Of a stretch of DNA of 64,000 nucleotides, positions 8,605 through 16,976 are shown one piece after another. Source of the stretch: an uncultured Pseudomonadota bacterium (lineage in GTDB: Bacteria > Pseudomonadota > Alphaproteobacteria > Rs-D84). The stretch lies in contig CADAHF010000001.1 of assembly GCA_902787665.1 (NCBI GenBank), forward strand, positions 2,757 through 66,756. Direction: 5' to 3'. The notes under the pieces were generated by a model. That model saw only the letters and a program-made list of their open reading frames with translations. It was not told where the DNA came from and searched no databases. Numbering within the stretch: position 1 is the stretch's first letter; each line of letters opens with the position of its first letter. A program made the position numbers and the translations under genes.

Positions 8605-10644
8605 ATGAAATTCAGACGGTTTTTGCGTATTTTGCTGCATGTTATATTCTGGACATTTACTGCCGGAATTGCGGCTTTGGCGGCACTTATATTCATTTAT
8701 GGAAATGATTTGCCCGATTATCGCAAATTGGCAACATATGCACCACCGGTGGCAACGCGTCTTTATGCCGCGGATGGTTCGTTGCTTATTGAATATGCCG
8801 AAGAACGCCGTGTGTTTATTGATTACGACGATATTCCGTCACAATTAATTAATGCTTTTGTTGCCGCCGAAGACCAGAATTTCTGGACTCATCCCGGTAT
8901 TGATGCCCAGGGTATTCTGCGTGCCATGGTTAACAATGGTGCGCGTATGTTGGGCTTCAATACGAATTTTTCAGGCGCATCGACCATTACACAACAGGTT
9001 GCCAAGAATTTCTTTTTGACATCTGAACGCAGCATTTCGCGTAAAATAAAAGAAGCAATACTTGCACTGCGTTTGGAACGGACTTTTTCTAAAAAGCATA
9101 TAATGACGCTATATTTGAACCAAATCTTTCTTGGAGCGCGTGCATATGGTGTTGGTTCGGCAGCATTGATGTATTTTAATAAACCTGTATCAGAATTATC
9201 ATTGGCGCAGTGCGCATTTTTGGCGTCGTTGCCCAAGGCGCCAAATGACAGAAAGCGCGCTGTTGAACGCCGTAATTATGTTTTGCGTCGTATGATGGAA
9301 GAAGGTTATATTACCAAAGAACAGGCAGACGAGGCATCCACCGAAGAATTAAACATTAACAGTGGTTTTACCGAACAGATGGATGCTGCTTTTCAATATT
9401 TTGCCGAAGATGTTCGTCGTCAGTTGCTAGATGTATTGGGACGTGAAACACTTTATAATCAGGGATTGTACATCAAGACGACCATTGACCCCAAATTGCA
9501 ACGCGCTGCATCAGCTGCATTGAACAAGGAATTAGATAAGTATAACGAAGGCAAAAGTGAAAAATTACAGGGGGCAATTATTGCGATGAATCCGCACACT
9601 GGTCGTGTGTTGGCTATGTCGGGTGGTCGCAGTTTTTCCGAAAGTCCCTTTAATCGCGCAACACAGGCATATCGTCAAATTGGCAGTACGATTAAACCGT
9701 TTGTGTATCTTGTCGCGTTGGAACGCGGATATTCCCCAGAACATTTATTGCTGGATGCGCCCATTGTTGGATTTCGTGAAAATGGTATTGAATGGAAACC
9801 AGAAAACTATGACAAGAAATTTTTGGGCGATGTGCCGTTACGGTTGTCGCTGGAAACATCGCGTAATGTAACAACTGTGCGTTTAGCCCAAGAAATCGGT
9901 CCAGAAAACGCAATTGAAATGGCACAAAGGTTTGGTGTATATCCGCAAAATATGAAAAATGTAAATTTATCAATGGCATTAGGGGCTGGTGAAACTACAC
10001 TGCAAAAATTAGTGTCTGGATATTCTGCTTTTATAAACGGCGGACGCATCATAGAACCGATATTGGTTGATTATATTCAAGACCGCTATGGTCGTGCAAT
10101 CGAAGGTGTTGCCCCAGAATTTGTCGAATGGTCTGATGATTTGGTGCCTCCAGAAAAAATTGGAATATCGCAACCATTGGTTGATGCGCAAAGTTTATAT
10201 CAAATTGTATCGATTCTGCAGGGCGCAGTTGAACGCGGCACAGGTCGCCAGGCACGTGTTGATGGACATACTATTGCTGGAAAAACGGGAACCACAAATG
10301 ATGTCAAAGATGTTTGGTTTATTGGTTTTTCAAAAAATCTTATTGCAGGTGTGTATTTGGGGTATGATACACCAACCCCATTGGGCAAAGGTGCGGGCAG
10401 TCATATGGCTGCACGCGTATTTGCGGACTTTATGAAAACCGCATTAGAAGACGAAAAAAATCAACCTTTCCCAATTCCAGATGGTTTATCATTTGTTCGG
10501 GTTAATCGGCGCACAGGGGTGGCTGCTTCTGCAGACCCGGATGGCACAATTATTACCGAAGCCTTTAAATCGGGACAAAAACCAAACCCTGTATCTGTTA
10601 AAAAAACATCGTCATCGGGTCCGGTGGTTGGCGGCGTATTTTAA
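8605..10644 (+). CDS. mrcA: penicillin-binding protein 1A (bifunctional transglycosylase/transpeptidase)
   Basis: N-terminal TM anchor. Transglycosylase motifs EDQNFWTHPGID and TITQQ. Transpeptidase motifs STIKPF, SRN and KTGTT. The ATG at 8605 is preferred over the TTG at 8566 used by the ORF track. Confidence 0.85.
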   Translation: MKFRRFLRILLHVIFWTFTAGIAALAALIFIYGNDLPDYRKLATYAPPVATRLYAADGSLLIEYAEERRVFIDYDDIPSQLINAFVAAEDQNFWTHPGIDAQGILRAMVNNGARMLGFNTNFSGASTITQQVAKNFFLTSERSISRKIKEAILALRLERTFSKKHIMTLYLNQIFLGARAYGVGSAALMYFNKPVSELSLAQCAFLASLPKAPNDRKRAVERRNYVLRRMMEEGYITKEQADEASTEELNINSGFTEQMDAAFQYFAEDVRRQLLDVLGRETLYNQGLYIKTTIDPKLQRAASAALNKELDKYNEGKSEKLQGAIIAMNPHTGRVLAMSGGRSFSESPFNRATQAYRQIGSTIKPFVYLVALERGYSPEHLLLDAPIVGFRENGIEWKPENYDKKFLGDVPLRLSLETSRNVTTVRLAQEIGPENAIEMAQRFGVYPQNMKNVNLSMALGAGETTLQKLVSGYSAFINGGRIIEPILVDYIQDRYGRAIEGVAPEFVEWSDDLVPPEKIGISQPLVDAQSLYQIVSILQGAVERGTGRQARVDGHTIAGKTGTTNDVKDVWFIGFSKNLIAGVYLGYDTPTPLGKGAGSHMAARVFADFMKTALEDEKNQPFPIPDGLSFVRVNRRTGVAASADPDGTIITEAFKSGQKPNPVSVKKTSSSGPVVGGVF

Positions 10645-10684
10645 TTTGTTAAAATTTGTGTTTTGAAAGAAAGTGAGGGACAAA

Positions 10685-10984
10685 ATGAAAAAATTTATGC
10701 TTTGTTTATTGTGTGCAATGGCATTGTTTGCATGTAAAAAGAACGATGCTGATTCAGTATTGCATTGTGGCGCATACGATGTGCAAATAGTCGTCACAGA
10801 GGACGGAAACAAAATGCAGGCAAATATAAATGGTGATGTTGCAGATTTATTGCTTGTACCGTCTGCATCTGGCGCAAAATATAGTGGTGTTTTAAACGAT
10901 ATTGTCGTTGTTTTGTGGCAAAAAGGCGAAATTTGGACAATGTTATTGGATGACGAAGAAATAATTGATTGTCGGACTAAATAA
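10685..10984 (+). CDS. MliC-family lipoprotein (membrane-bound lysozyme inhibitor of C-type lysozyme)-like
   Basis: Lipobox LFAC. The MliC signature includes the conserved Cys pair (HCGAY…DCRTK) and the SASGAKY motif. RBS GTGAGGGA lies 5 nt upstream of the ATG at 10685. Confidence 0.6.
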   Translation: MKKFMLCLLCAMALFACKKNDADSVLHCGAYDVQIVVTEDGNKMQANINGDVADLLLVPSASGAKYSGVLNDIVVVLWQKGEIWTMLLDDEEIIDCRTK

Positions 10985-11038
10985 AATTTATTTTCAGCCA
11001 ATTTTGTGATAAAATGTCAGCATAATAAGGAGAACATT

Positions 11039-12127
11039 ATGCTGACTGATTTTTTCTTGTCTAAAGGGATATCTTTTTTTAATAGTGGATGGACACAATT
11101 TGCATGTGGTTTTGGATTGTCTTTCTTGATTTTGTTAATGTTTGGAAGGCCGTTCATACGCGCTATGCACAACTGGCAGAAAAAGGGTCAGCCAATCAGT
11201 GAAAATGTTCCCGAATCGCATCGTGCAAAGGCAGGAACACCGACAATGGGCGGAATATTGTTAGTTTTGGCGATTGTGGTATCAAGTGTTTTATTTATGC
11301 CGTTGACTAATATGACGGGTTGGATTGCATTGATGGCATTGGTAATGTTTGGGATTCTTGGGTTTGCAGATGATTATAAAAAAGTGTCTTCGCAATCGGT
11401 CAAGGCGTCAAATGGTTTAAGTCCAAAAATGCGTTTGGGAATTGAAGCGATTTTTGTAGTAATTTTAGCATATCTTATTAACAAAACAATGCCGGCATAT
11501 ATGCCAGAATTGTCGTTGTCGTTCGGTTCTTGGATAGTGTTGCCATTGGGTTTGCTGTATTATGTGTTTGCATATTTTGTGATTTGTGGTTCTGCAAACG
11601 CAACCAATATCACAGATGGTTTGGATGGTATGTTGGCAAAGCTGTATATGCCCGTGTTAATAGTTTTGGTCGTTGCGTTGTATGGTGCAACACGAATTGG
11701 GTTTATGGATACTGTGGCGTTTTTACCAGAAACAAGTGGTTTGTATGCGGTGTTGGGGGCGACATTTGGCGCAGTTCTTGGGTTTTTGTGGTATAATGCG
11801 AAACCAGCATCAATATTTATGGGCGACGTGGGTTCTCTTGCGCTTGGTGGATTGATGGGGACAGTTGCAATGTTATTAAAATCGGAAATTGTTATGGGTG
11901 TTGCCGCAGGCATGATGGTATTGATATTATTATCTTCTTTTGTTCAAACAATGTGTTTCAAAATAACACGTAAATTGACTGGGACTGGTCGTCGTGTGTT
12001 CTTGCGTGCACCGTTGCATCATCATTTTGAAGAATTAGGTTGGGCAGAAACAAAAATAGTTGATAGATTTTTTATTCTATCTGTGATGTTTTCGGGTCTT
12101 GCATTGGTAATATTGAAATTCGCGTAA
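11039..12127 (+). CDS. mraY: phospho-N-acetylmuramoyl-pentapeptide transferase
   Basis: Motifs DDYKKV, NATNITDGLDG and MGDVGS. Strong RBS AAGGAG before the ATG at 11039. Confidence 0.9.
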   Translation: MLTDFFLSKGISFFNSGWTQFACGFGLSFLILLMFGRPFIRAMHNWQKKGQPISENVPESHRAKAGTPTMGGILLVLAIVVSSVLFMPLTNMTGWIALMALVMFGILGFADDYKKVSSQSVKASNGLSPKMRLGIEAIFVVILAYLINKTMPAYMPELSLSFGSWIVLPLGLLYYVFAYFVICGSANATNITDGLDGMLAKLYMPVLIVLVVALYGATRIGFMDTVAFLPETSGLYAVLGATFGAVLGFLWYNAKPASIFMGDVGSLALGGLMGTVAMLLKSEIVMGVAAGMMVLILLSSFVQTMCFKITRKLTGTGRRVFLRAPLHHHFEELGWAETKIVDRFFILSVMFSGLALVILKFA

Positions 12128-12142
12128 TGTGTGGGGGCGGAC

Positions 12143-13294
12143 ATGTTCAGACGAACCGAAGAAAGCAAGTTTACTAGTTGGTATTTTGAAATAGACAAAG
12201 TATTGCTGTGGTTGGTGCTGGGCATGATGTTTGCTGCGATTATAATCGCAATATCAAGTGGTTCTGCAAATTTTGTTCGCACATCTGGCAAGACCGAATG
12301 GTATGAATTTTTTGTTCGCATGTTTTTATTTTCTGGTATTGGTATCGCGACAATGATTGGGGTCAGTATGACAAGTCGTAACACGATACTTAAAATATCA
12401 TGGATTGATTTGATTGTGTGTTTCTTGTTGCTTTTGGGAACGGTTGTCAATCCGCACTTTTTAAATAAATCGTATCGTTGGTTTGTTATACCGGGTTTGC
12501 CACGCATTATGCCATCTGATTTGATGAAGCCTGGATTTGTAATGATAACGGCATGGTTTATTTGTAAAATGAAATCTGTATATGGCAAAGATGTATTTGA
12601 TTTTAAGCGCACATTGTTTCAGTTAAAAACATGGTCTTGGGGTTGGTATTTGATACCCCTGGCAATTGTGTGTGGTATTCAGGCATGGCACCCAGACCTT
12701 GGGACGATGGGGTTATATTTGGCAACCTTTGGGGCTATGCTTTTATTGGCAGGGTTGCCGATGCGTTGGGTTGTGTCTCTTGGATGTGCAGGAGCTGGTT
12801 TTGGAACTTTGTTAGTGTTAATAAAGTCCCATGCGCTTGCCAGATTGTTGTCTTTCTTTGGCCCAATGGATCCAACAAGCCAAGTTGGTATTGGTTTGCG
12901 TGCAATTCGTAACGGTGGTTTGTTTGGTGCTGGGGATAAAGCGTCTGTGGTGGAACATTTGCCAATGGCAGAAAGTGATTTTGTTTTATCTGTGATATCC
13001 GAAAATTTTGGGGCGATAGCATCTTGTGGATTAATAATTTTATTAGCCTGGGTTGTGATTCATCTTATAAAACAATCAAGATGTATGCGTGACGAATTTT
13101 CTTCAATGGCGATTGCTGGTACGGCAGCAATGTTTGGTTTTCAATGTTTTATCAATTTGGCATCAACATTGCGTTTAATGCCTGCAAAGGGCATGACATT
13201 GCCGTTTATATCGCATGGGGGCAGTTCATTAGTTGCGTATTGTTTGTTGTTTGGAATGGTTTTGGCATTAATGCGCGAAGATAAATGGAAATAA
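12143..13294 (+). CDS. ftsW: SEDS-family peptidoglycan polymerase FtsW (cell-division lipid II flippase/glycosyltransferase)
   Basis: Ten-TM SEDS architecture. Lies at the position between mraY and murG. The ATG at 12143 is preferred (the GTG at 12131 is inside the RBS). Confidence 0.8.
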   Translation: MFRRTEESKFTSWYFEIDKVLLWLVLGMMFAAIIIAISSGSANFVRTSGKTEWYEFFVRMFLFSGIGIATMIGVSMTSRNTILKISWIDLIVCFLLLLGTVVNPHFLNKSYRWFVIPGLPRIMPSDLMKPGFVMITAWFICKMKSVYGKDVFDFKRTLFQLKTWSWGWYLIPLAIVCGIQAWHPDLGTMGLYLATFGAMLLLAGLPMRWVVSLGCAGAGFGTLLVLIKSHALARLLSFFGPMDPTSQVGIGLRAIRNGGLFGAGDKASVVEHLPMAESDFVLSVISENFGAIASCGLIILLAWVVIHLIKQSRCMRDEFSSMAIAGTAAMFGFQCFINLASTLRLMPAKGMTLPFISHGGSSLVAYCLLFGMVLALMREDKWK

Positions 13295-13306
13295 AAGGTG
13301 AAAGAA

Positions 13307-14353
13307 ATGAGAATTTTTATCGCAACAGGTGGAACGGGTGGACATGTATATCCAGCATTGGCAGTGGCAACAGAATTGGCATCGCGCGGTCATAAAATTA
13401 CGATATCGTGTGATGGTCGTGTTGATAAAATGGTGCGTGATGGAAAACCGGAAAAATCAAAAGTAGTTCATGTCTGGGCGTCTGGTGTTGGTGCAAAAAG
13501 CAGATTAAGTCAAATTTACGCGCTGTTTAAAATCGGTGTGTCGGCGTTTGCATTAATATTGCGGTTTGCGATTTTTAGACCAGCACGTGTTGTTGCGTTT
13601 GGCGGATATGCATCTGTACCGGCGGTGTTTGCGGCACACATTTGGCACATACCAACATTTTTACATGAACAAAATGCGGCAATTGGACGCGCAAATAAAT
13701 TTGCTATGCGCTGGGTTAAAACATTAATGACAAGTTTTCCAACAGTTGATGGTATGCCGAAAAAATCCACAGCCAACGTGGTTTATACTGGTTTGCCGGT
13801 GCGTCGTGATTTTATTCAATATGCTGGATCAAAATTGCCGGGTGGGTCACATTTATTGGTGACTGGTGGTTCGCTGGGCGCACAGATTTTGGATGATGTT
13901 GTGCCAGATGCAATTACAAAAATGAAAAATAAAAAGATTTTTGTAACACATCAAACACGTCCGGAAAATGTTGAAAAATTACAACATTTCTATGCAGAAC
14001 ATAAAATCCACGCAAATGTATTGTCTTTTGTTCATGATATGGCTGGTGCGATTGCAGATTCTGATTTGGTTATATCGCGTGGTGGTGCAAGCACAGTGAT
14101 TGAATTGGAAACTATTGGCAGGCCAGCAATAATCGTGCCGTTGGGAATTAATCCAGACCAAGCAGCCAATGCAGCAAGTTTTGCGCGCCTGGGCGGTGGG
14201 TTTGCTGTTGAACAATCAAAGTTCACATCAAAATGGTTGTCATCGACATTGGATGAATTATTTGATAACCCGTCACGATTAAAAAAGATGGCGGAAAAAT
14301 CGCGTGTCGAAAATCATGCTGTAAAACTTATTTCTGATACTGTTACGAAATAA
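13307..14353 (+). CDS. murG: UDP-N-acetylglucosamine--N-acetylmuramyl-(pentapeptide) pyrophosphoryl-undecaprenol GlcNAc transferase
   Basis: MRIFIATGGTGGHVYPALAV... is the canonical MurG N-terminal G-loop. RBS AAAAGGTGAAAG. Confidence 0.9.
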   Translation: MRIFIATGGTGGHVYPALAVATELASRGHKITISCDGRVDKMVRDGKPEKSKVVHVWASGVGAKSRLSQIYALFKIGVSAFALILRFAIFRPARVVAFGGYASVPAVFAAHIWHIPTFLHEQNAAIGRANKFAMRWVKTLMTSFPTVDGMPKKSTANVVYTGLPVRRDFIQYAGSKLPGGSHLLVTGGSLGAQILDDVVPDAITKMKNKKIFVTHQTRPENVEKLQHFYAEHKIHANVLSFVHDMAGAIADSDLVISRGGASTVIELETIGRPAIIVPLGINPDQAANAASFARLGGGFAVEQSKFTSKWLSSTLDELFDNPSRLKKMAEKSRVENHAVKLISDTVTK

Positions 14354-14426
14354 ATTTTTGTTTGTGCATTTTCTGCTTGCCCCCGATTCGTCATTTGTTC
14401 TATGATTGAATTGGAAGGAAAGGAAT

Positions 14427-15674
14427 ATGCATAAATTTTCAGCGTCATTGTTGGCGATTTTTGTGATATCAAATGCCTGGGGGGATGTTCGTTTGCCGGT
14501 TGTAAATGTTGCGTCTGCTGGGGTTTCGGCACGTGCCGCATTTGGTGAAGAAATTGTTAATCAAAAAACTGTGTCGGTTGCACCGGTGGTTAAAACGCGT
14601 TCTGTGGTTGCGCGTCCGGCGGTAAAACAAACAAAAGTTTCGCATGGTGAAAAGTTAGCAACCGCTGATATTTTAATTCCAAATCGCCCAAGTTCTGATT
14701 TGTGGGCAACAAATGATGCGCCACTGCGTATGCCACGTCCGTCTGAATTTGCGGTGTTAAATTCTGATTTTGATTTGCCCGAAGAAGATTTAGATTATGT
14801 TCAACAAAAACCGACGGTTGTTGCGCGTAATGCGGAACCAATCACAAAGCATGAGGCAATGGCAGAAATTGATAACCAAATTGCAAAATTAATGGAATTA
14901 CAACGCCGTGCCGATGCGAGCGTGGGTGTGCAAACCACACAGGTGACTACAGAACCAAAAATAATTGAAACAGTTGTTGCGAATAATACAAAAACAGTTG
15001 AAACAAAAAATGGTGATTCGTCGGTAAAATTATCACGCGTGGTTGTGCCAATGGACAATGATACTGTTGCACGCACGGTTGAAAAAAATACTTCGCCACG
15101 TATTACGGCGGCACGCAATGATATGTCTTCGATGTCACCGGCTGAATTACGCCGTGCGTTTCACAAAACGTTTTTGTCTGAAAATAAACATCTTTCTACT
15201 TTCCAGATAGATGACCGTTTTGATACAACAAGTGATATGTCTTCTTCGGTTGAAGGATTCACCGCGGCGCGTGATTTATCTGAATCTGGTGGTATTCGTC
15301 CTTTGGAAATTAAAATAAGATTCCGCAATGATGATTCTGCGTTGTCGCGCGATAATTACACACTGTTGACCGAATATGCATCAATTGTGGTAAGTAATCC
15401 AAAGCGCGCAATTCAAGTCACAATTCCACAGGATGTTATGAACAATGCCGATAGCCGTAAATTAGCGGCACGCAGATTGGCGATTGTGGAACAGGTTTTG
15501 CGTGATACTGGTGTTGCCGAACAACGTATTGTGCCAGTGTTGGCGGCGCGTGGTGATGATGGTTTCTTGCTTCGTATAATTTCAAATGACCAATTTGAAA
15601 CATTGACCCAACAACAGCGCAATTTATTCGGTGACACTGTTGGCAAAAAGACATATAAAAGTATGTCTTGGTAA
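14427..15674 (+). CDS. secreted protein with degenerate OmpA/MotB-like C-terminal peptidoglycan-binding domain
   Basis: Signal peptide MHKFSASLLAIFVISNAWG. The C-terminal ~100 aa fit the OmpA_C pattern (…IRFRNDDSALS…NPKRAIQV…SRKLAARRLAIVEQVLRDTGV…QRIVPV) but lack the GHTD motif. Strong RBS GGAAGGAAAGGA. Confidence 0.45.
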   Translation: MHKFSASLLAIFVISNAWGDVRLPVVNVASAGVSARAAFGEEIVNQKTVSVAPVVKTRSVVARPAVKQTKVSHGEKLATADILIPNRPSSDLWATNDAPLRMPRPSEFAVLNSDFDLPEEDLDYVQQKPTVVARNAEPITKHEAMAEIDNQIAKLMELQRRADASVGVQTTQVTTEPKIIETVVANNTKTVETKNGDSSVKLSRVVVPMDNDTVARTVEKNTSPRITAARNDMSSMSPAELRRAFHKTFLSENKHLSTFQIDDRFDTTSDMSSSVEGFTAARDLSESGGIRPLEIKIRFRNDDSALSRDNYTLLTEYASIVVSNPKRAIQVTIPQDVMNNADSRKLAARRLAIVEQVLRDTGVAEQRIVPVLAARGDDGFLLRIISNDQFETLTQQQRNLFGDTVGKKTYKSMSW

Positions 15675-15680
15675 TAGTCA

Positions 15681-16415
15681 ATGAATTATGTGCGTAAAAT
15701 TTTAGAATCATTTATTGAATTTGTTTTTCCTGCAACTTGCCCATTATGTAACGCACGTGTTTCGACGCATGGTGAATTATGTGACGATTGTTGGACCTCG
15801 TTTAATTGGATTGATGGTGCAAAATGTGTTAAATGTGGTTTTCCCTTTGCATCAAGTTTTGATTTGTCACCAAATATGTTATGCCCGACATGTGCCGCGG
15901 GTAAAGCTGAGCTTGATTTAATTCGTTCGGCATGTGTTTATGATGATGCATCAAAACTTGCGATGTTGCCGTACAAGCATGCTGGACATACACAATATGC
16001 GCGATTTATGTCACGTGCAATGATTTGGGCTTTGCGTGATACAGATATTCAACCCGACATTGTTATGCCAGTGCCATTGGCAAACAAACGTTTGTTTCAT
16101 CGTGGCTATAACCAGGCAACGTTACTTGCGCGACCAATTGCAAATGCGTTTGGTGTGCCGATGGATTTAGATTCTGTCACGCGTAAATATCGTGAGAATA
16201 TGGGGCATAAATCAAGTAAACAACGCGCTGAAAACGTTCATAATGTTTTTACTGTTCGGCATTCAGATAAAATAAAGGGCAAGAAAATATTACTGGTTGA
16301 TGATGTTATGACCACTGGTGCGACATTTAATGAATTAAAACGCGTTTTAACCAAAGCCGGTGCAATCGCTGTATATGGTGTGACTTTTTGCCGTGTTGCA
16401 CATTTGGCGAATTAA
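15681..16415 (+). CDS. comF: ComF-family protein (amidophosphoribosyltransferase-like, competence)
   Basis: N-terminal 4-Cys zinc finger (CPLC…CDDC…CVKC…CPTC). PRTase motif ILLVDDVMTTGAT. Confidence 0.8.
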   Translation: MNYVRKILESFIEFVFPATCPLCNARVSTHGELCDDCWTSFNWIDGAKCVKCGFPFASSFDLSPNMLCPTCAAGKAELDLIRSACVYDDASKLAMLPYKHAGHTQYARFMSRAMIWALRDTDIQPDIVMPVPLANKRLFHRGYNQATLLARPIANAFGVPMDLDSVTRKYRENMGHKSSKQRAENVHNVFTVRHSDKIKGKKILLVDDVMTTGATFNELKRVLTKAGAIAVYGVTFCRVAHLAN

Positions 16416-16924
16416 TTATACAGATTGTCATGTAGTGTTGAATGGGCAACCGCCGCCATCGCGATTTTGTTTTTCTTCATTTCCTGTTGAATGACGCGTC
16501 TAGAACACGCATTGATTAGTGCGATAATCTTGCGCTGATATGTGTTTTGTTTTTTGGGGTTCAATGGAATCGAAATGCTTTCAAGTTCTGCAACAACATC
16601 GCCATCGTCCCTTTCAATTGTAATCTCGCACTGCATATATGGAAACCCAAAAAGCATTTTATAAGAACAATTAACACAACATGTTGACATTTCGAATGTG
16701 GTTGAATCTGGCTGTAAATCGTCTGTGAACAGCATAGAATAAACAGGAAAAGTATAACATTTATCACCACCAGTATGATGATGTTCCACAGAAACATTGT
16801 TTGCGGTGGCGCTAGATTTCAATAAATTTAATGTCGCTAATTCCATTAGATTCAAATTTTTATACATAATAATCAAATTGTCAATGTTTTGTTGCAGGGG
16901 TGTTTTGTGTGCTTGAAATTTCAA
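16412..16924 (-). CDS. hypothetical protein
   Basis: 170-aa ORF convergent with comF. The start is uncertain (TTG in the track, with an internal ATG). No recognisable family. Confidence 0.3.
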   Translation of the reverse strand: MKFQAHKTPLQQNIDNLIIMYKNLNLMELATLNLLKSSATANNVSVEHHHTGGDKCYTFPVYSMLFTDDLQPDSTTFEMSTCCVNCSYKMLFGFPYMQCEITIERDDGDVVAELESISIPLNPKKQNTYQRKIIALINACSRRVIQQEMKKNKIAMAAVAHSTLHDNLYN

Positions 16925-16976
16925 TTTAATATGCTAAGATTTGACGGTTAAACATACAGTTTATTGGGGTAAAAAT

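Noticed and set aside
10612-11001. 129-aa minus-strand ORF overlapping the MliC-like gene
   Set aside because: Antisense to a gene with a lipobox and MliC motifs. No RBS. Ser-rich low-complexity translation.
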